Shown here piece after piece: positions 48,366 through 58,677 of a DNA stretch of 64,000 nucleotides. The DNA is from Abditibacterium sp. (GTDB taxonomy: Bacteria; Armatimonadota; Abditibacteriia; Abditibacteriales; Abditibacteriaceae). The stretch spans positions 1,504,001 to 1,568,000 of the forward strand of contig OZ251992.1 of the NCBI GenBank assembly GCA_965246885.1. The letters are read 5' to 3'. Under the pieces are notes generated by a model, which was not told the DNA's origin, did no database searches, and worked only from the letters and a program-made list of their open reading frames with translations. How positions within the stretch are numbered: the stretch's first letter is position 1; every line of letters starts with the position of its first letter. The position numbers and the translations under genes are program-made.

Positions 48366-50549
48366 ATGCAAACCCAGACCCCCTTGCCCCATCTCCCGGC
48401 CCCGGTTAAAGCGCGCGATGGCGGGGTGACGGCGCGGGTGGTGTTGCTGTGCTTGTTGCTCGCGGGGTTCTTTGGGTGGGTGATCCCGCTCATTGATGTC
48501 AAGCTGAGCAACACCTTTTTGGGCGGGCAACATCTCGCGCCGGGGGCGGTGGGGACGCTGCTGGTTTTGTTGCTGGTCGTCAACCCGCTCTTGCGCTTGG
48601 TGCAACGCGCGGCGACTTTGCGGGGCGTGATGTTGCTCGTTGCCCTCGCGTGTGTGGCGCTGGCTTATTTTGGCTGGGTGCGCAACATCTCGAATGGGCT
48701 GGTGCTGTACGCGGGGGCGGCGGGCGCGTTCTTCGCGCTGTTAGGCGCTCTATTTGGGCGGCCTTTGTCGCGCAACGAGCTATTGACCACGTATATTTCG
48801 TGCTTGTTCTCGTGCATCGTGCCGGGGCATGGGGCGGAGAACTTTGTCATCGGCAACCTCGTGGCGCCCTTTTACTTTGCCACGCGCGACAACAAATACC
48901 TCGACGCCATTACCCGCTACATTCCGGCGTGGATGACGCCCGTTTTGTGGGCCGACCCCTCGCAAAAGGGCGCGACCACGCTCAGCGCGGCGGGCCGCGC
49001 CGTCGCGGACGGATATTATCTGGGAGTTGGCCCCGTGCCTTGGAGCGCGTGGCTCGTGCCGATGGCGTTTTGGATGGGCTTCATCTTGCTTTCCTACATC
49101 ATGCTGGGCTGTTTGAGCGTGATGCTACGCGCGCAGTGGGCGGAAAACGAGGCGCTATCGTTCCCACTTAACCAACTGGCGTTGGAACTGACCGAGGACG
49201 CAGATGCGCCGAGTGGGACATTCGGCGCCTTCTTCCGCAATCCGCTCGTGTGGGTAGGCTTTGCAATTGCGGCGGTGTTTCAGGGGTTGAACGGGTTGCA
49301 CTTATATTTCCCCGACGTGCCGATGATCGAGTGGAACCTCAACACCGGGGCGCTCTTTTCCGAAGCGCCTTGGAACCAGATGGGGTGGACGCCGATGCAA
49401 ATCTATCCCATCGCCATCGGGGTCGCGTTTCTGCTCACCAGTGAAGTTGGGTTTTCCCTCTGGTTTTTTGCGCTTTTCGTGCGCTTCCAGTTCATCGCCT
49501 CCTACATGTTGGGGTATCCGCCGGGGGTATCGGGCGGGCGCGACCTCGCCGTATTCCAAAGTTTCGGCGCTTTTTTCGCGTACGCCGCCCTTGTGATGTG
49601 GACGGGTCGCTTGCATTACACCCACATCGCGCGCCGCGCATTGGGTTTAGCGCGCGCGACGCCGGAAGAGCGGAGCGAGATACTTTCTTACCCGCTCGCG
49701 TTTTGGGGCTTCGTTCTCTCGCTGATGGGCGTCATGGCCATTACGCACTTCCTCGGCGCGAATTGGGCGATTACCTTTCTGTTGTGGGCGACGTATCTGG
49801 TCATGAGCATCGCCCTCACCCGGTTAGTGGTGGAAGGCGGCGTATTGTTCGTGGGTTGCGCGTGGTGGCCCATCAATATGTGGACGCAGTTACTCAACGG
49901 CTCGCCCGCGACGTGGCTCCCCGCGTCCAGCATCGCGCCCGCCGCACTGATGCACAGCGCCTTCATGCTCGATATGCGCGCCTTCATCCTCCCGTCGTTC
50001 GTGCAAAGCTGGAAACTGGCGTCCGACAATGGGCTGAACCAAAAGCGCTTGGGCGCTTTGATTGTCGCCATCATCCCCATTGCGCTGGTGTTGGGCTTTT
50101 ATCGCCGCGTGGACATCGCTTACAACAACGGCGGCGCCCTGACGTGGCACCCCCACGTCGCCAAGAACGGCGTTATCCTGTGGGCGAACTTGTCCGCAGG
50201 CTTGGGCCGGGGCGTCGAGAACGTGACGTGGACGAACACTTTCTGGGTGATTGTCGGCGCCCTGCTAACTTGGGGGATGCTGGCCCTGCGCGCGCGCTTT
50301 GCGTGGTTTCCCTTCCATCCTTTGGGCTACCTGATTCCGCTTTCTTACCCGATGCTGTGCCTTTGGTTCTCCATTTTCCTCGGCTGGACAGCGAAGGTCG
50401 TCGTTTCCAAGTATGGCGGTAACTCCGCTTACCGCACCACCCGCCCGCTCTTTCTGGGCCTCGTCTTCGGCGACATTTCCATGATGCTCTTCTGGCTCGT
50501 CATAGACGGCTGGCAAGGGAGAACTTTCCACTACCTCGTGCCGACGTGA
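48366..50549 (+). CDS. Polytopic membrane protein (DUF6785/DUF6784-like, putative transporter)
   Basis: Many TM helices; QWAENEALSFPL, FPFHPLGY, PLFLGLVFGD. Confidence 0.7.
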   Translation: MQTQTPLPHLPAPVKARDGGVTARVVLLCLLLAGFFGWVIPLIDVKLSNTFLGGQHLAPGAVGTLLVLLLVVNPLLRLVQRAATLRGVMLLVALACVALAYFGWVRNISNGLVLYAGAAGAFFALLGALFGRPLSRNELLTTYISCLFSCIVPGHGAENFVIGNLVAPFYFATRDNKYLDAITRYIPAWMTPVLWADPSQKGATTLSAAGRAVADGYYLGVGPVPWSAWLVPMAFWMGFILLSYIMLGCLSVMLRAQWAENEALSFPLNQLALELTEDADAPSGTFGAFFRNPLVWVGFAIAAVFQGLNGLHLYFPDVPMIEWNLNTGALFSEAPWNQMGWTPMQIYPIAIGVAFLLTSEVGFSLWFFALFVRFQFIASYMLGYPPGVSGGRDLAVFQSFGAFFAYAALVMWTGRLHYTHIARRALGLARATPEERSEILSYPLAFWGFVLSLMGVMAITHFLGANWAITFLLWATYLVMSIALTRLVVEGGVLFVGCAWWPINMWTQLLNGSPATWLPASSIAPAALMHSAFMLDMRAFILPSFVQSWKLASDNGLNQKRLGALIVAIIPIALVLGFYRRVDIAYNNGGALTWHPHVAKNGVILWANLSAGLGRGVENVTWTNTFWVIVGALLTWGMLALRARFAWFPFHPLGYLIPLSYPMLCLWFSIFLGWTAKVVVSKYGGNSAYRTTRPLFLGLVFGDISMMLFWLVIDGWQGRTFHYLVPT

Positions 50550-50559
50550 AGCGCCGGGT

Positions 50560-50814
50560 CTACGGCATCATCTTGTCGTACTGCGCGTGCGAATCTACCC
50601 AGAACCACAGCACGCTGCCATCGTGATCGAATCCTAACACCCGATAATGCGTGCCGACGCGGTCAGACCACAGGCTCCCCACTTTCTTGAAGTGCAGAGA
50701 CGAGTGCTTCGGGTCTGCTTTCAAGAGGCGGAAGTTCTTCCTCTCCAATTTCTGAATGTGAAGCGGCAACCGCTCGAACATCTGCCAGAACTGCGGCGTT
50801 GTCCGGTGCTTCAC
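50560..50814 (-). CDS. RelE/ParE-like toxin
   Basis: DPKHSSLHFKKVG.LWS.RVG.HYRVLG..WFWVDSHAQYDK; GTG start overlaps the antitoxin stop. Confidence 0.85.
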   Translation of the reverse strand: MKHRTTPQFWQMFERLPLHIQKLERKNFRLLKADPKHSSLHFKKVGSLWSDRVGTHYRVLGFDHDGSVLWFWVDSHAQYDKMMP

Positions 50815-51017
50815 AACGGTTTGCAGCGCCCCGCCGCGTGTTCGGCTTTGGCTTGTTTGATGAGCGCGTCGAAGCGCCCCGCCTCGCTGTCACGGGCGAT
50901 TTGCTCGTCCCACATTTGGTTGCGATACTCCTCGAACCACTGGGAAAGCTCCGCTACTTCGGAGCGCGGAAGCTGCGTGATGGCCTGTTCGATGTCTTGA
51001 ACGCTCATGGTGTTCAT
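50811..51017 (-). CDS. Putative antitoxin
   Basis: IEQAITQLP..WF.E..WDEQIARD..AGRFD; coupled to the toxin. Confidence 0.8.
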   Translation of the reverse strand: MNTMSVQDIEQAITQLPRSEVAELSQWFEEYRNQMWDEQIARDSEAGRFDALIKQAKAEHAAGRCKPL

Positions 51018-51059
51018 TTACTCTGCCATGCCCACGACGTGCTTGGGCGGTGGTTGGCA

Positions 51060-54000
51060 TCACTTCTCCACGCGCGACACGAAGGAGCGCGTCCACTCTG
51101 GGAGCTTCGGGGCTTGCGGGGTGCGCAGCAACTCTTGCCACCCGGCGTCGGATAAACGCTCGGAAGCGGGGCGGGTGAACTCATAGTAGGAATACGCGGC
51201 GCCGCGTGCCAACTGGCGCCTGCCGTCTCGCTCGAACGCGACATAAAGGGGCAGGGCGTGGCCGACGCCTTCTTCGAGCACCCGCAGGTCGGCTCCCTCG
51301 CGGGTCGAGAGGGCACCCGCCACGTCCGCGACGAGCGCCATGTCGCTGTCTTCCATCGTTTGCGCTTGCCCTTCGCTGGAGATGAGCGTCAGGTGTTCGA
51401 GGAAGGTGCCAAAGAAGCGCAACTGCTCAATTTCGCCCTTGGTGAACGGGGTGCCCGCGCGCTGCTTCGCTTCCAAGCGTGTCACCATATCCAACAGCGC
51501 CCCGAACGCGCCCAAACGGTCGTCCGATTCCGGCGATAAATACCCCGCGCCCGCGAGGGCGAGGCGCTCCGCCGATACTAATTCGCGCAAGCGGTGGAAC
51601 ACTTCGGGAGACGGCTCCACCACGCCTTGGGGTTGCTCCTCCAGCATCACTTCCGACAGCCCGCCTTCGCCGCCCGCTTCGATGGCGGTGGGTTGCTTGG
51701 GCATCGTATCGTGCTTGAGTTCCGCCCACGCGCCCAGCGCCGCGTTGAGTTGCTTGTCGGCCCACGCCGGGGACTGCGTGAACTTGTAACGCGGGTTGGC
51801 TTGCGGCGTAAGGAGCGGTTTGAGCGACCACAGCGTCTGGGAGTAGAATGAACGCTTCCAGTCGTCCGGCCCAAAGGCGCTGAGCCGCGCCCTCTCGATG
51901 AGGAACTGCCGGTCATAGTTCTGATAGCCCGACTCCTTGAGGCCGAAATCGAAGAAAGAGCCGCCGAAGGTGAAGGTATCTAAGAGGCTGCGCGCCCGAT
52001 CGGAGCCTAAGACGCCCATCGCGTCCAAGCCCAGCGCGAAAAAGCGCGGCTTGTCTTCTGTCCCGACTCCGGGCGCGTTGCGGTTGTACACCAAGTGCTG
52101 CATCGCTTCCGCGTCGAGCGTATAAGGCGCCGGAAACAGCGTCATCGCGGGGCCGCCCGTTGGCGCAATGCGGGGGCGCGGCAGCTTGTCCACTTCGGAT
52201 TGGAACAGCGCTAATCTGGCCGCGTCGTTAATGGCGTCGGGCGGAATCGTCTCGCCATACACGCCGCGCGCAATGGCCACGACATCCAGAAAGCGGCGGT
52301 CGTCGCTTTCACCAACGAACTGCGCCATCACCCGCGCAACTGCGCGCAGTTTAGCCTGCGTGGGCGCATCCGTCGCACTCGCCAGCAACAGCGTGCGGCG
52401 CAGATGGGCGGGCGTGGCGCGAAACGGGGCGCCTGACAGCCACCGGCTCGCCAGAAAGAAACGGCGTAGCTGCTCCGTGCGCGTGTAGTGGCCGCGCGGC
52501 GCGAACTGCGTGTAGTCAATGCGCGTGTCCGCGAGCGGCTCTTTCGGCTTGCCAACGCCCGTCAACTCTCCGCCGAAGATGGGGCTTGATGCGCGGGCCG
52601 CGTGCGCCTTGATAAGCGCGATTTCCGCATCGGCCAAACGCCCCGCCTCGAACGGCAACGCTTCCAACAAACGGCCAAGCGGAGCCGTCAAAGCGTTTGA
52701 GGCCGCCGTGTTCTTCGCCAAATTCCCCTTCAAACGCGCCGCATCGTCCGCGCTCGCGTCGGCGGGTGGCGCGCTAATGCCCGTCGTCACTTCCCCGCGC
52801 AATAGCCGCGCGGTCACTGCCCAGTACGCGGCATTGGCCAGCGCTTCTTCGCGCAATGCGGGCACGCGCGACTGCTGAATCGAAACTTGCAAAAAGTGCC
52901 GCGCGATGTCCACCGTCGCGGGCAGCAAGTGCTTGGTTTCCGTTTCGCGCAGGAGGGAATCGAACACTAAATGGTTCAAGTGCAACAGCGCGTCGCTCGA
53001 CACGAACACGGGCAGGCCCGCGTAGTCGGTCTCTTCATACAAGGCGAACATCTGCTTCGCGCCCGCTCCGCCCACGACGAAACCGTTGCGCGCGAGGAGA
53101 GGGCGGTCTTGCGCGGTTAGCCCCTCGAACTCGTCCGAGCCGGAAAACGCCACGAGGTTAGAAACATCCGCGAGTGGTTCGATGTTGGGGCGGGCCGCGA
53201 TTTGCCCGTCGGCTGTGGTGATGAAAGTAATTTTCCCATCGCGCGCCCAAAAGACGCCTATCGGCGAGGCGGGGCCGCTCATCCGATAATTCGGCCCATA
53301 CCCCGGCGACTTGGCCACAGATGCTGTGTCGCGGCGCAACACTATCAGTGTGTTCAGTCCCGCAACGGCCAACTGCTCGCCGTTGGGCGAAAAGGCAATG
53401 CGGCCTTCTGGTTCGATGCCGCTCAACTTGCTGATTGATTTACGCCACTCCTTTAGGTCGATGCTCATGCCCTTGGAATTGCCTTTGTCGTCCATCTCTT
53501 CGCTTTCTGTCGGAAACTCGGCGACGCACAGCGCGCTTGCACCCGCGAACGAGCGCACAAACGCCATGATCCGCCCAGTTGGGTCAACACGCGGCAACGT
53601 GTAATTTTCGGCGGTTCCGGTCTCCAAAACGCGGCGGTCGGTTCCGTCGTCGCGCATGAGCAGCAGCTTCCCGTCGCTCCCCGCGACGCTTTGGCGGGCG
53701 AGGATTTTATAAAAGCGGGCGCCGACCTTGACGCCGAAGGTCGGGCGCGGACTACCTTTCTCGTAGGCTTCGATGGCGCGAGGGCTTCCGGCCAAACGCT
53801 GCATAAGCCGTAGTTCGGACGGGGCGATGTGCGACGCGGAGCGGTCGGGCACAAAAGGGGCGCCGCCGTTTTCTTGAACGATAAAGCGGCGCGGGGTGAA
53901 ACTTGGCTCGGTGATGTCCACGTTTGGCGTGTTGGTCAAACGCCGTAGGCCCGTCCCATCGGGGCGGATGGTGTAAAGCGAAAAACGCTTGCTCGTGCCG

Positions 54001-54269
54001 CGCTTCCCGGCGAAAACGAGGAGTTTCCCGTCGGGGCGCCACGCGGGTTGCATGTCGTTGCCGCGCGCTTCGCGGGTGATGGCGCGGGCGCCCGTCACGC
54101 TTTTGCCGTTCCAGCGCCCCACGAACAAGCGCGAGCCACCCGCCGTGCGCCGCTCGAAGACGAGTTTCGTGCCATCGGGCGAAAGCGCCGGGTTGCGGAG
54201 CGGCCCGCCTTGAGCAAGCGCGGCGGCAGGTAGAGAACAGAGTACGGGCAAAAGCAGCGAAGATTTCAT
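51060..54269 (-). CDS. Secreted DUF3160-domain protein with N-terminal TolB-like propeller repeats
   Basis: Signal peptide; PALSPDG/PAWRPDG repeats; DYTQFAPRGHYT, WAELKHDT, LVADV, GAAYSYYEF. Confidence 0.85.
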   Translation of the reverse strand: MKSSLLLPVLCSLPAAALAQGGPLRNPALSPDGTKLVFERRTAGGSRLFVGRWNGKSVTGARAITREARGNDMQPAWRPDGKLLVFAGKRGTSKRFSLYTIRPDGTGLRRLTNTPNVDITEPSFTPRRFIVQENGGAPFVPDRSASHIAPSELRLMQRLAGSPRAIEAYEKGSPRPTFGVKVGARFYKILARQSVAGSDGKLLLMRDDGTDRRVLETGTAENYTLPRVDPTGRIMAFVRSFAGASALCVAEFPTESEEMDDKGNSKGMSIDLKEWRKSISKLSGIEPEGRIAFSPNGEQLAVAGLNTLIVLRRDTASVAKSPGYGPNYRMSGPASPIGVFWARDGKITFITTADGQIAARPNIEPLADVSNLVAFSGSDEFEGLTAQDRPLLARNGFVVGGAGAKQMFALYEETDYAGLPVFVSSDALLHLNHLVFDSLLRETETKHLLPATVDIARHFLQVSIQQSRVPALREEALANAAYWAVTARLLRGEVTTGISAPPADASADDAARLKGNLAKNTAASNALTAPLGRLLEALPFEAGRLADAEIALIKAHAARASSPIFGGELTGVGKPKEPLADTRIDYTQFAPRGHYTRTEQLRRFFLASRWLSGAPFRATPAHLRRTLLLASATDAPTQAKLRAVARVMAQFVGESDDRRFLDVVAIARGVYGETIPPDAINDAARLALFQSEVDKLPRPRIAPTGGPAMTLFPAPYTLDAEAMQHLVYNRNAPGVGTEDKPRFFALGLDAMGVLGSDRARSLLDTFTFGGSFFDFGLKESGYQNYDRQFLIERARLSAFGPDDWKRSFYSQTLWSLKPLLTPQANPRYKFTQSPAWADKQLNAALGAWAELKHDTMPKQPTAIEAGGEGGLSEVMLEEQPQGVVEPSPEVFHRLRELVSAERLALAGAGYLSPESDDRLGAFGALLDMVTRLEAKQRAGTPFTKGEIEQLRFFGTFLEHLTLISSEGQAQTMEDSDMALVADVAGALSTREGADLRVLEEGVGHALPLYVAFERDGRRQLARGAAYSYYEFTRPASERLSDAGWQELLRTPQAPKLPEWTRSFVSRVEK

Positions 54270-54440
54270 GGCAGTTGACGGGATGAACGGCAACCGATAG
54301 GATATAACGCGCGCCGGTTCACCGAGCCGCGCCGACGACGGAATCATGCCTGCCAATTAGAGAATTGCGCGCGTCGAAGAAGAAAACAGGCGCGCCACCG
54401 ACGGAATTACATGCGCCACCGACGGAATTACGTGGCTGAC
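54270..54440. repeat. Degenerate 21-bp array spanning the CapA-family/DUF3160 junction
   Basis: gcgccaccgacggaattac at 54392 and 54413; gcgccgacgacggaatcat at 54329 (63 bp earlier). Confidence 0.7.
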
Positions 54441-55865
54441 CCGCCAATTTTCGCCGCTTGCCCGTCGCGCTTGCAAGCGCAAGACTCCCGCCGGGTTGAT
54501 TTCTTCAAAGGAGAGGAAAACGCCGCGTTCATCCACGCCGCTTCGCAAACCCCGCAACTGTCCCGCGAATGGCTGTTGCCACACCGCGCGCAAACCGAAG
54601 CCGTTCCAGCGATACACGCACAACCACTGCGCGCCGTTTGGCCCGCTTTCAAGGGCCGCGAGGTCACTCCCCGGTTCATCGGCACGCGGCGCGAGCGTCC
54701 ACCCGAAAAAGGGCCGGGACAATTGTGAGCCACGCCAAAGCGGTCGGAAACCCTGCGACCCCAAGCCGTAAACGTGCAAACGCGGCAGGATGCGCGGGTC
54801 TAACTTGGAGCGTTGCCGTAGCTCCACGACCAATTCGTCGCGCCCATCGCTGTTTATGTCGCCTACTTCGAGGCGCGCAACTTCGCGCGGGAAGCCGGTC
54901 GCCCGCACGCGAAAGCCGCCCGGTGTTTGTTCGAGGGCGCGCAAAACAGGGCGTCCGGCTTTGGTTCGCGTCCAGAGTATCCAACTGACCCGTGCGGCCT
55001 CGGCGTCGAAACGGTCCATGTAGGCCCCGACGCGCGTTTCCCCTTTTGGCGTTGGCGGAAGGGCAACGCGTCGGGCTTGCGGGGTGGCGGGCCACACCCG
55101 CCAGCTTTCCGTCGCGGTTCGGGGGTCGTTGCCGTCAATAACCACGCGCGCGAGCAGTCCGCTTTGAGCGGTGGGCATCCTGTCCCATAAAAAATTGCCC
55201 GTCGAAGCGAAGATGGGGCGGCCCTTGTAGCTTTCGACCGGCCCCGCGACGTGCGGATGATGCCCCCAGACGGCGACGGCTCCGGCATCTATGAAACCCC
55301 GCGCGAGGGCACGTTGCTCCGGCGACAGGGATGACACGCCCTCCGTGCCCCAGTGCAGCGACGCCACCACAAAGACGCCGCTCGCCGTCAGAGCGCGGAT
55401 TTTGTCCCGAAGCGCCGCCGCATCCAAACGGGTTAAGCGCGCGTTCCCCGCCACGAATGGCCCCCACGCCGTTGCGCTCACGACGGCCACGCGCCGCCCA
55501 GCGATGTTCCAGATGGGAACAGGGTCGCTTCCGTCGAGCGATAATCCGGCTCCTTGCATCCCAGATGCTCTCAGCGCCGCCATTGTGCCGCGCGCCCCGC
55601 TTTCGCCCGCGTCGAGCGAGTGGTTGTTGGCTAAGTTCAAGCCCCCGAATCCGATGGCACGAAGCGCGGCCAAATCGCCCGGATTATAAGACGGTTTGCG
55701 CCCCGTCCGTGCACCTGTGGGCGCGGCTTCGAGGTTGCCGAGCGCCAAATCTGCGCCCGCAATCACCGGCGCGAAGCGCCGGAGGGAAGTCTGCGGCCCG
55801 TTCAAAAGCGGCGCAACTCCCCGCCCCGTCAGGATGTCACCGACCAACACAAGCGAGAAAGGCAT
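54357..55865 (-). CDS. CapA family (PGA_cap) metallophosphatase-fold protein with C-terminal FG-GAP-like region
   Basis: VGDI, GNLE, NLANNHSLD, SLHWGTE, GHHPHV, STGNF; GDINSDGRDEL. Confidence 0.9.
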   Translation of the reverse strand: MPFSLVLVGDILTGRGVAPLLNGPQTSLRRFAPVIAGADLALGNLEAAPTGARTGRKPSYNPGDLAALRAIGFGGLNLANNHSLDAGESGARGTMAALRASGMQGAGLSLDGSDPVPIWNIAGRRVAVVSATAWGPFVAGNARLTRLDAAALRDKIRALTASGVFVVASLHWGTEGVSSLSPEQRALARGFIDAGAVAVWGHHPHVAGPVESYKGRPIFASTGNFLWDRMPTAQSGLLARVVIDGNDPRTATESWRVWPATPQARRVALPPTPKGETRVGAYMDRFDAEAARVSWILWTRTKAGRPVLRALEQTPGGFRVRATGFPREVARLEVGDINSDGRDELVVELRQRSKLDPRILPRLHVYGLGSQGFRPLWRGSQLSRPFFGWTLAPRADEPGSDLAALESGPNGAQWLCVYRWNGFGLRAVWQQPFAGQLRGLRSGVDERGVFLSFEEINPAGVLRLQARRASGENWRVSHVIPSVAHVIPSVARLFSSSTRAIL

Positions 55866-55871
55866 GAGGCT

Positions 55872-56873
55872 TTACCCCTCGTATCCGTTGGGCCGCGCTT
55901 GGTGCCATTGCCATGCGCTCCTTAAAATGGCGTCGAGTTCGGGGTGTTGCGGGTTCCAGCCTAAGACGGTTTTGGCTTTGCGCGCGTCGGCGATGAGACG
56001 GGCGGGGTCGCCCGCGCGCCGGGGCGATTCGACGACGGGGATGTCTCGCCCGGTGATGCGGCGCGCGGCCTCGATGACTTCCTTCACGGAATAGCCGCTT
56101 CCGTTGCCAAGGTTAAAAAAGTCGCTGCCTCCACCACCTTCCAAGTGCGCGAGTGCGCCCAAGTGGGCCGCGCCTAAATCCAAGATATGAATATAGTCGC
56201 GGATGGCCGTGCCGTCGGGCGTCGGGTAGTCCGTTCCGAAAACCGAGATATGCGGGCGCTTGCCGAGCGCCACGTCGAGGACGAGCGGGATGAGGTGCGT
56301 TTCGGGCGAGTGGTCTTCGCCGACGGTGCGCAGGCCATTTTCGCCGGTCACGGCGCCCGATGCGTTGAAGTAGCGCAGCGCGACAAAGCGCAGGTCAGTC
56401 GCGGCGTCGGTGTCGCGCAAAACGCGCTCAAACATCCACTTCGAGGCGCCGTAGGGGTTGATCGGTGCTTGCGGGTGCGCCTCATCGAGGGGGATGTATT
56501 GCGGCTCGCCATAGGTGGCGCAAGTCGAGGAAAAAACGATCTGGTGCACGCCCGCCGCCAGCAACCCGCCCAGCAAACCCAAGCCAGAAGCGAGGTTGTT
56601 GCGGTAGTACAAGAGCGGTTTCTCGACGCTCTCGCCCACGTACGCATACGCCGCGAAGTGAACGCACGCCGAAACGCCATGCTCGCGCGCGATGCGCTCG
56701 ACAAGCGCGCTGTCGCCGATGTCGCCCTCGTAAAAAGGCACATCGGGCGCCAAAGCCGCTTGATGGCCATAGACAAGGTTATCGAGCACGACGACATCGC
56801 GCCCGCCCGCGCGGAGCAGTTCGACGGTGGCCGAGCCGATATATCCGGCGCCGCCGGTCACTAAGATAGACAT
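55872..56873 (-). CDS. galE: UDP-glucose 4-epimerase
   Basis: [45 protein letters not shown]. Confidence 0.96.
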   Translation of the reverse strand: MSILVTGGAGYIGSATVELLRAGGRDVVVLDNLVYGHQAALAPDVPFYEGDIGDSALVERIAREHGVSACVHFAAYAYVGESVEKPLLYYRNNLASGLGLLGGLLAAGVHQIVFSSTCATYGEPQYIPLDEAHPQAPINPYGASKWMFERVLRDTDAATDLRFVALRYFNASGAVTGENGLRTVGEDHSPETHLIPLVLDVALGKRPHISVFGTDYPTPDGTAIRDYIHILDLGAAHLGALAHLEGGGGSDFFNLGNGSGYSVKEVIEAARRITGRDIPVVESPRRAGDPARLIADARKAKTVLGWNPQHPELDAILRSAWQWHQARPNGYEG

Positions 56874-56959
56874 AAAAGAAAGAGGCGCAACGCCGGTGCG
56901 CCGCGCGGTCTCAGTGTGGATTATTTAGGAAGAGCCTGTCGGGGAAGGTGCATTTGCGA

Positions 56960-57078
56960 AGCAACCGTAGGGTCAACCCACGTGGTTGCCCTTGTTGCGG
57001 CCCTCTGTTTGCCGCAAGGTGGACGACATACAAGCGATTGCAACAAGGCCAACCACGTGGATTGACCCTACGGTTGCT
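56960..57078. repeat. GTAG-type REP inverted pair (39-bp arms, 2 mismatches)
   Basis: agcaaccgtagggtcaacccacgtggttgcccttgttgc ... gcaacaaggccaaccacgtggattgaccctacggttgct. Confidence 0.85.
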
Positions 57079-57089
57079 CATTCCCAATC

Positions 57090-58004
57090 ATGACATTCTT
57101 CAATCCCCTGCTTCTCCCTAACGTTGAAGGCGCCGACCCCTTCATTACCTTCCACGACGGATTATATTACCTCAGCGTCACGCGCGGCGACCACATCTCC
57201 TTCTTCCGCGCCCCGACGCTCGGCGGGCTTCGCAATGCGCCCGAAGAAGTTGTCTGGCGCGACGCGCACCCCGACCGCCACACCGCGATGTGGGCGCCGG
57301 AGTTCGTCCGCATTGAGGGGCGCTGGTGGTGCTATTACACCGCCGCCAACGGGCGCGGGCGCCATCGCTGCCACGTTTTGCGCGGGCACGAGCGCGACCT
57401 GATGGGGCCGTATGAATACGCCGCGCAACTGCGCACCGACGCGCACGACCGACAATACGCCATTGATTTTTCCGTGCTTCCTACGCCCGGCGGCTTGTTC
57501 GGCATCTGGGCGGGGCACCCCGATCACCGCCTGTTTATCAGCCGCATGAGCGGCCCGTCGGAACTTATTGGCGAGCGCCAACTGCTGGAAGCCGATGGCT
57601 TTGGCTGCGAGGAAGTGCGCGAAGGCCCCAACTGCATCTGGCGCGACGGGCGCATTTTCCTCGTCTACTCGGCGTGCGACGCGCGCAAGCCCGACTACAG
57701 GTTAGGGATGCTCGTCGCCGACGAGAACGCCGATTTGCTCGCGCCCAAAAGTTGGCGCCAACACCCCGCGCCCGTTTTCGCCCGCGACGACGCGGCTCGT
57801 GTCTATGGGCCGGGGCATCACTGCTTCTTTAAAAGTCCCGACGGGACGCAAGACTGGGTCGCCTACCACGCCAAGCGCACCCGCCGCCTGACCTACAAAG
57901 ACCGCGTGCCCTGCGCCAAACGCATCGCGTGGAACGATGACGGCACGCCCGATTTCGGCACCCCGCCCCCGTTTGGCGCCGCCTTGGAGGAGCCGCGCGA
58001 CTAA
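57090..58004 (+). CDS. Glycoside hydrolase family 43 protein
   Basis: GADPF, WAPE, AID, EGP, YGPGH..FKSPDG..YHA. Confidence 0.92.
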   Translation: MTFFNPLLLPNVEGADPFITFHDGLYYLSVTRGDHISFFRAPTLGGLRNAPEEVVWRDAHPDRHTAMWAPEFVRIEGRWWCYYTAANGRGRHRCHVLRGHERDLMGPYEYAAQLRTDAHDRQYAIDFSVLPTPGGLFGIWAGHPDHRLFISRMSGPSELIGERQLLEADGFGCEEVREGPNCIWRDGRIFLVYSACDARKPDYRLGMLVADENADLLAPKSWRQHPAPVFARDDAARVYGPGHHCFFKSPDGTQDWVAYHAKRTRRLTYKDRVPCAKRIAWNDDGTPDFGTPPPFGAALEEPRD

Positions 58005-58090
58005 AGTCGCAGCCAGCGAAAGCGTCAACCTTCGTTGACGCACCTCCGTCGGCGAAGGCCGACGATGATGCTGGCTGCGACTTTAGTCGC
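57997..58090. repeat. Branched palindromic element (21-bp outer stem plus two tetraloop hairpins)
   Basis: gcgactaaagtcgcagccagc / gctggctgcgactttagtcgc enclosing gcgtcaac-cttc-gttgacgc and cgtcggc-gaag-gccgacg. Confidence 0.85.
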
Positions 58091-58108
58091 TTTCTCATAC
58101 TCCTGCCC

Positions 58109-58618
58109 ATGCAATCGGACTACTCGCCGCCGCTCACCCGCATGGATGTCGTACTATGGTTTCTGCGCGTGCAACTGTGGGTGATGGTGCTGGGGGCTAT
58201 ATTCGCCTCTCTGTCATCAGTGACTTTTGTTCTTTCGCCCTTCGGCAATGGGTTGTATATGTTGCGACTTGTTGGTGTGGCATGGGCGCCCGTTTTGGTG
58301 TTGTCTTTGTTCTCTCCAGCGTTGGCGCATAATGCACTGGGAAAGACTGCGCGCGATTCAGTCGGTTCGCTTCTCGACTGTCGCCCGCTTGTGGGACGCT
58401 GTGTTGGCTTGGCGTTGCTTGTTTCTTCGGTAGGTGAAGCGGCACTGCTTTCTGGTCTTGTCCTCTACGGTCTTGTGGGCGGCAACGTTTGGCAGCAATT
58501 GGGAGGCGCCGGGAAATACATTGCTCTCGCTCAGAGCGTTGCGCCGATCTTATCGTTCTTCGTGGGCTTTTTCCTTGCCTTTGGCCCCGTTATTCGGGAG
58601 AACTTTCGCGCGAGCTAA
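58109..58618 (+). CDS. Four-TM hypothetical membrane protein
   Basis: 169-aa hydrophobic ORF; CATACT lies 7 nt before the ATG. Confidence 0.7.
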   Translation: MQSDYSPPLTRMDVVLWFLRVQLWVMVLGAIFASLSSVTFVLSPFGNGLYMLRLVGVAWAPVLVLSLFSPALAHNALGKTARDSVGSLLDCRPLVGRCVGLALLVSSVGEAALLSGLVLYGLVGGNVWQQLGGAGKYIALAQSVAPILSFFVGFFLAFGPVIRENFRAS

Positions 58619-58677
58619 ACACATCCCCTCGAACCCTTTGGGGCGGCGAGGCATCTTACTACTGCACCATTCGCCCA

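Noticed and set aside
34157..51017. Defence island or prophage defined by the two TA pairs
   Set aside because: They are isolated small modules among housekeeping genes, with no integrase, phage or defence genes
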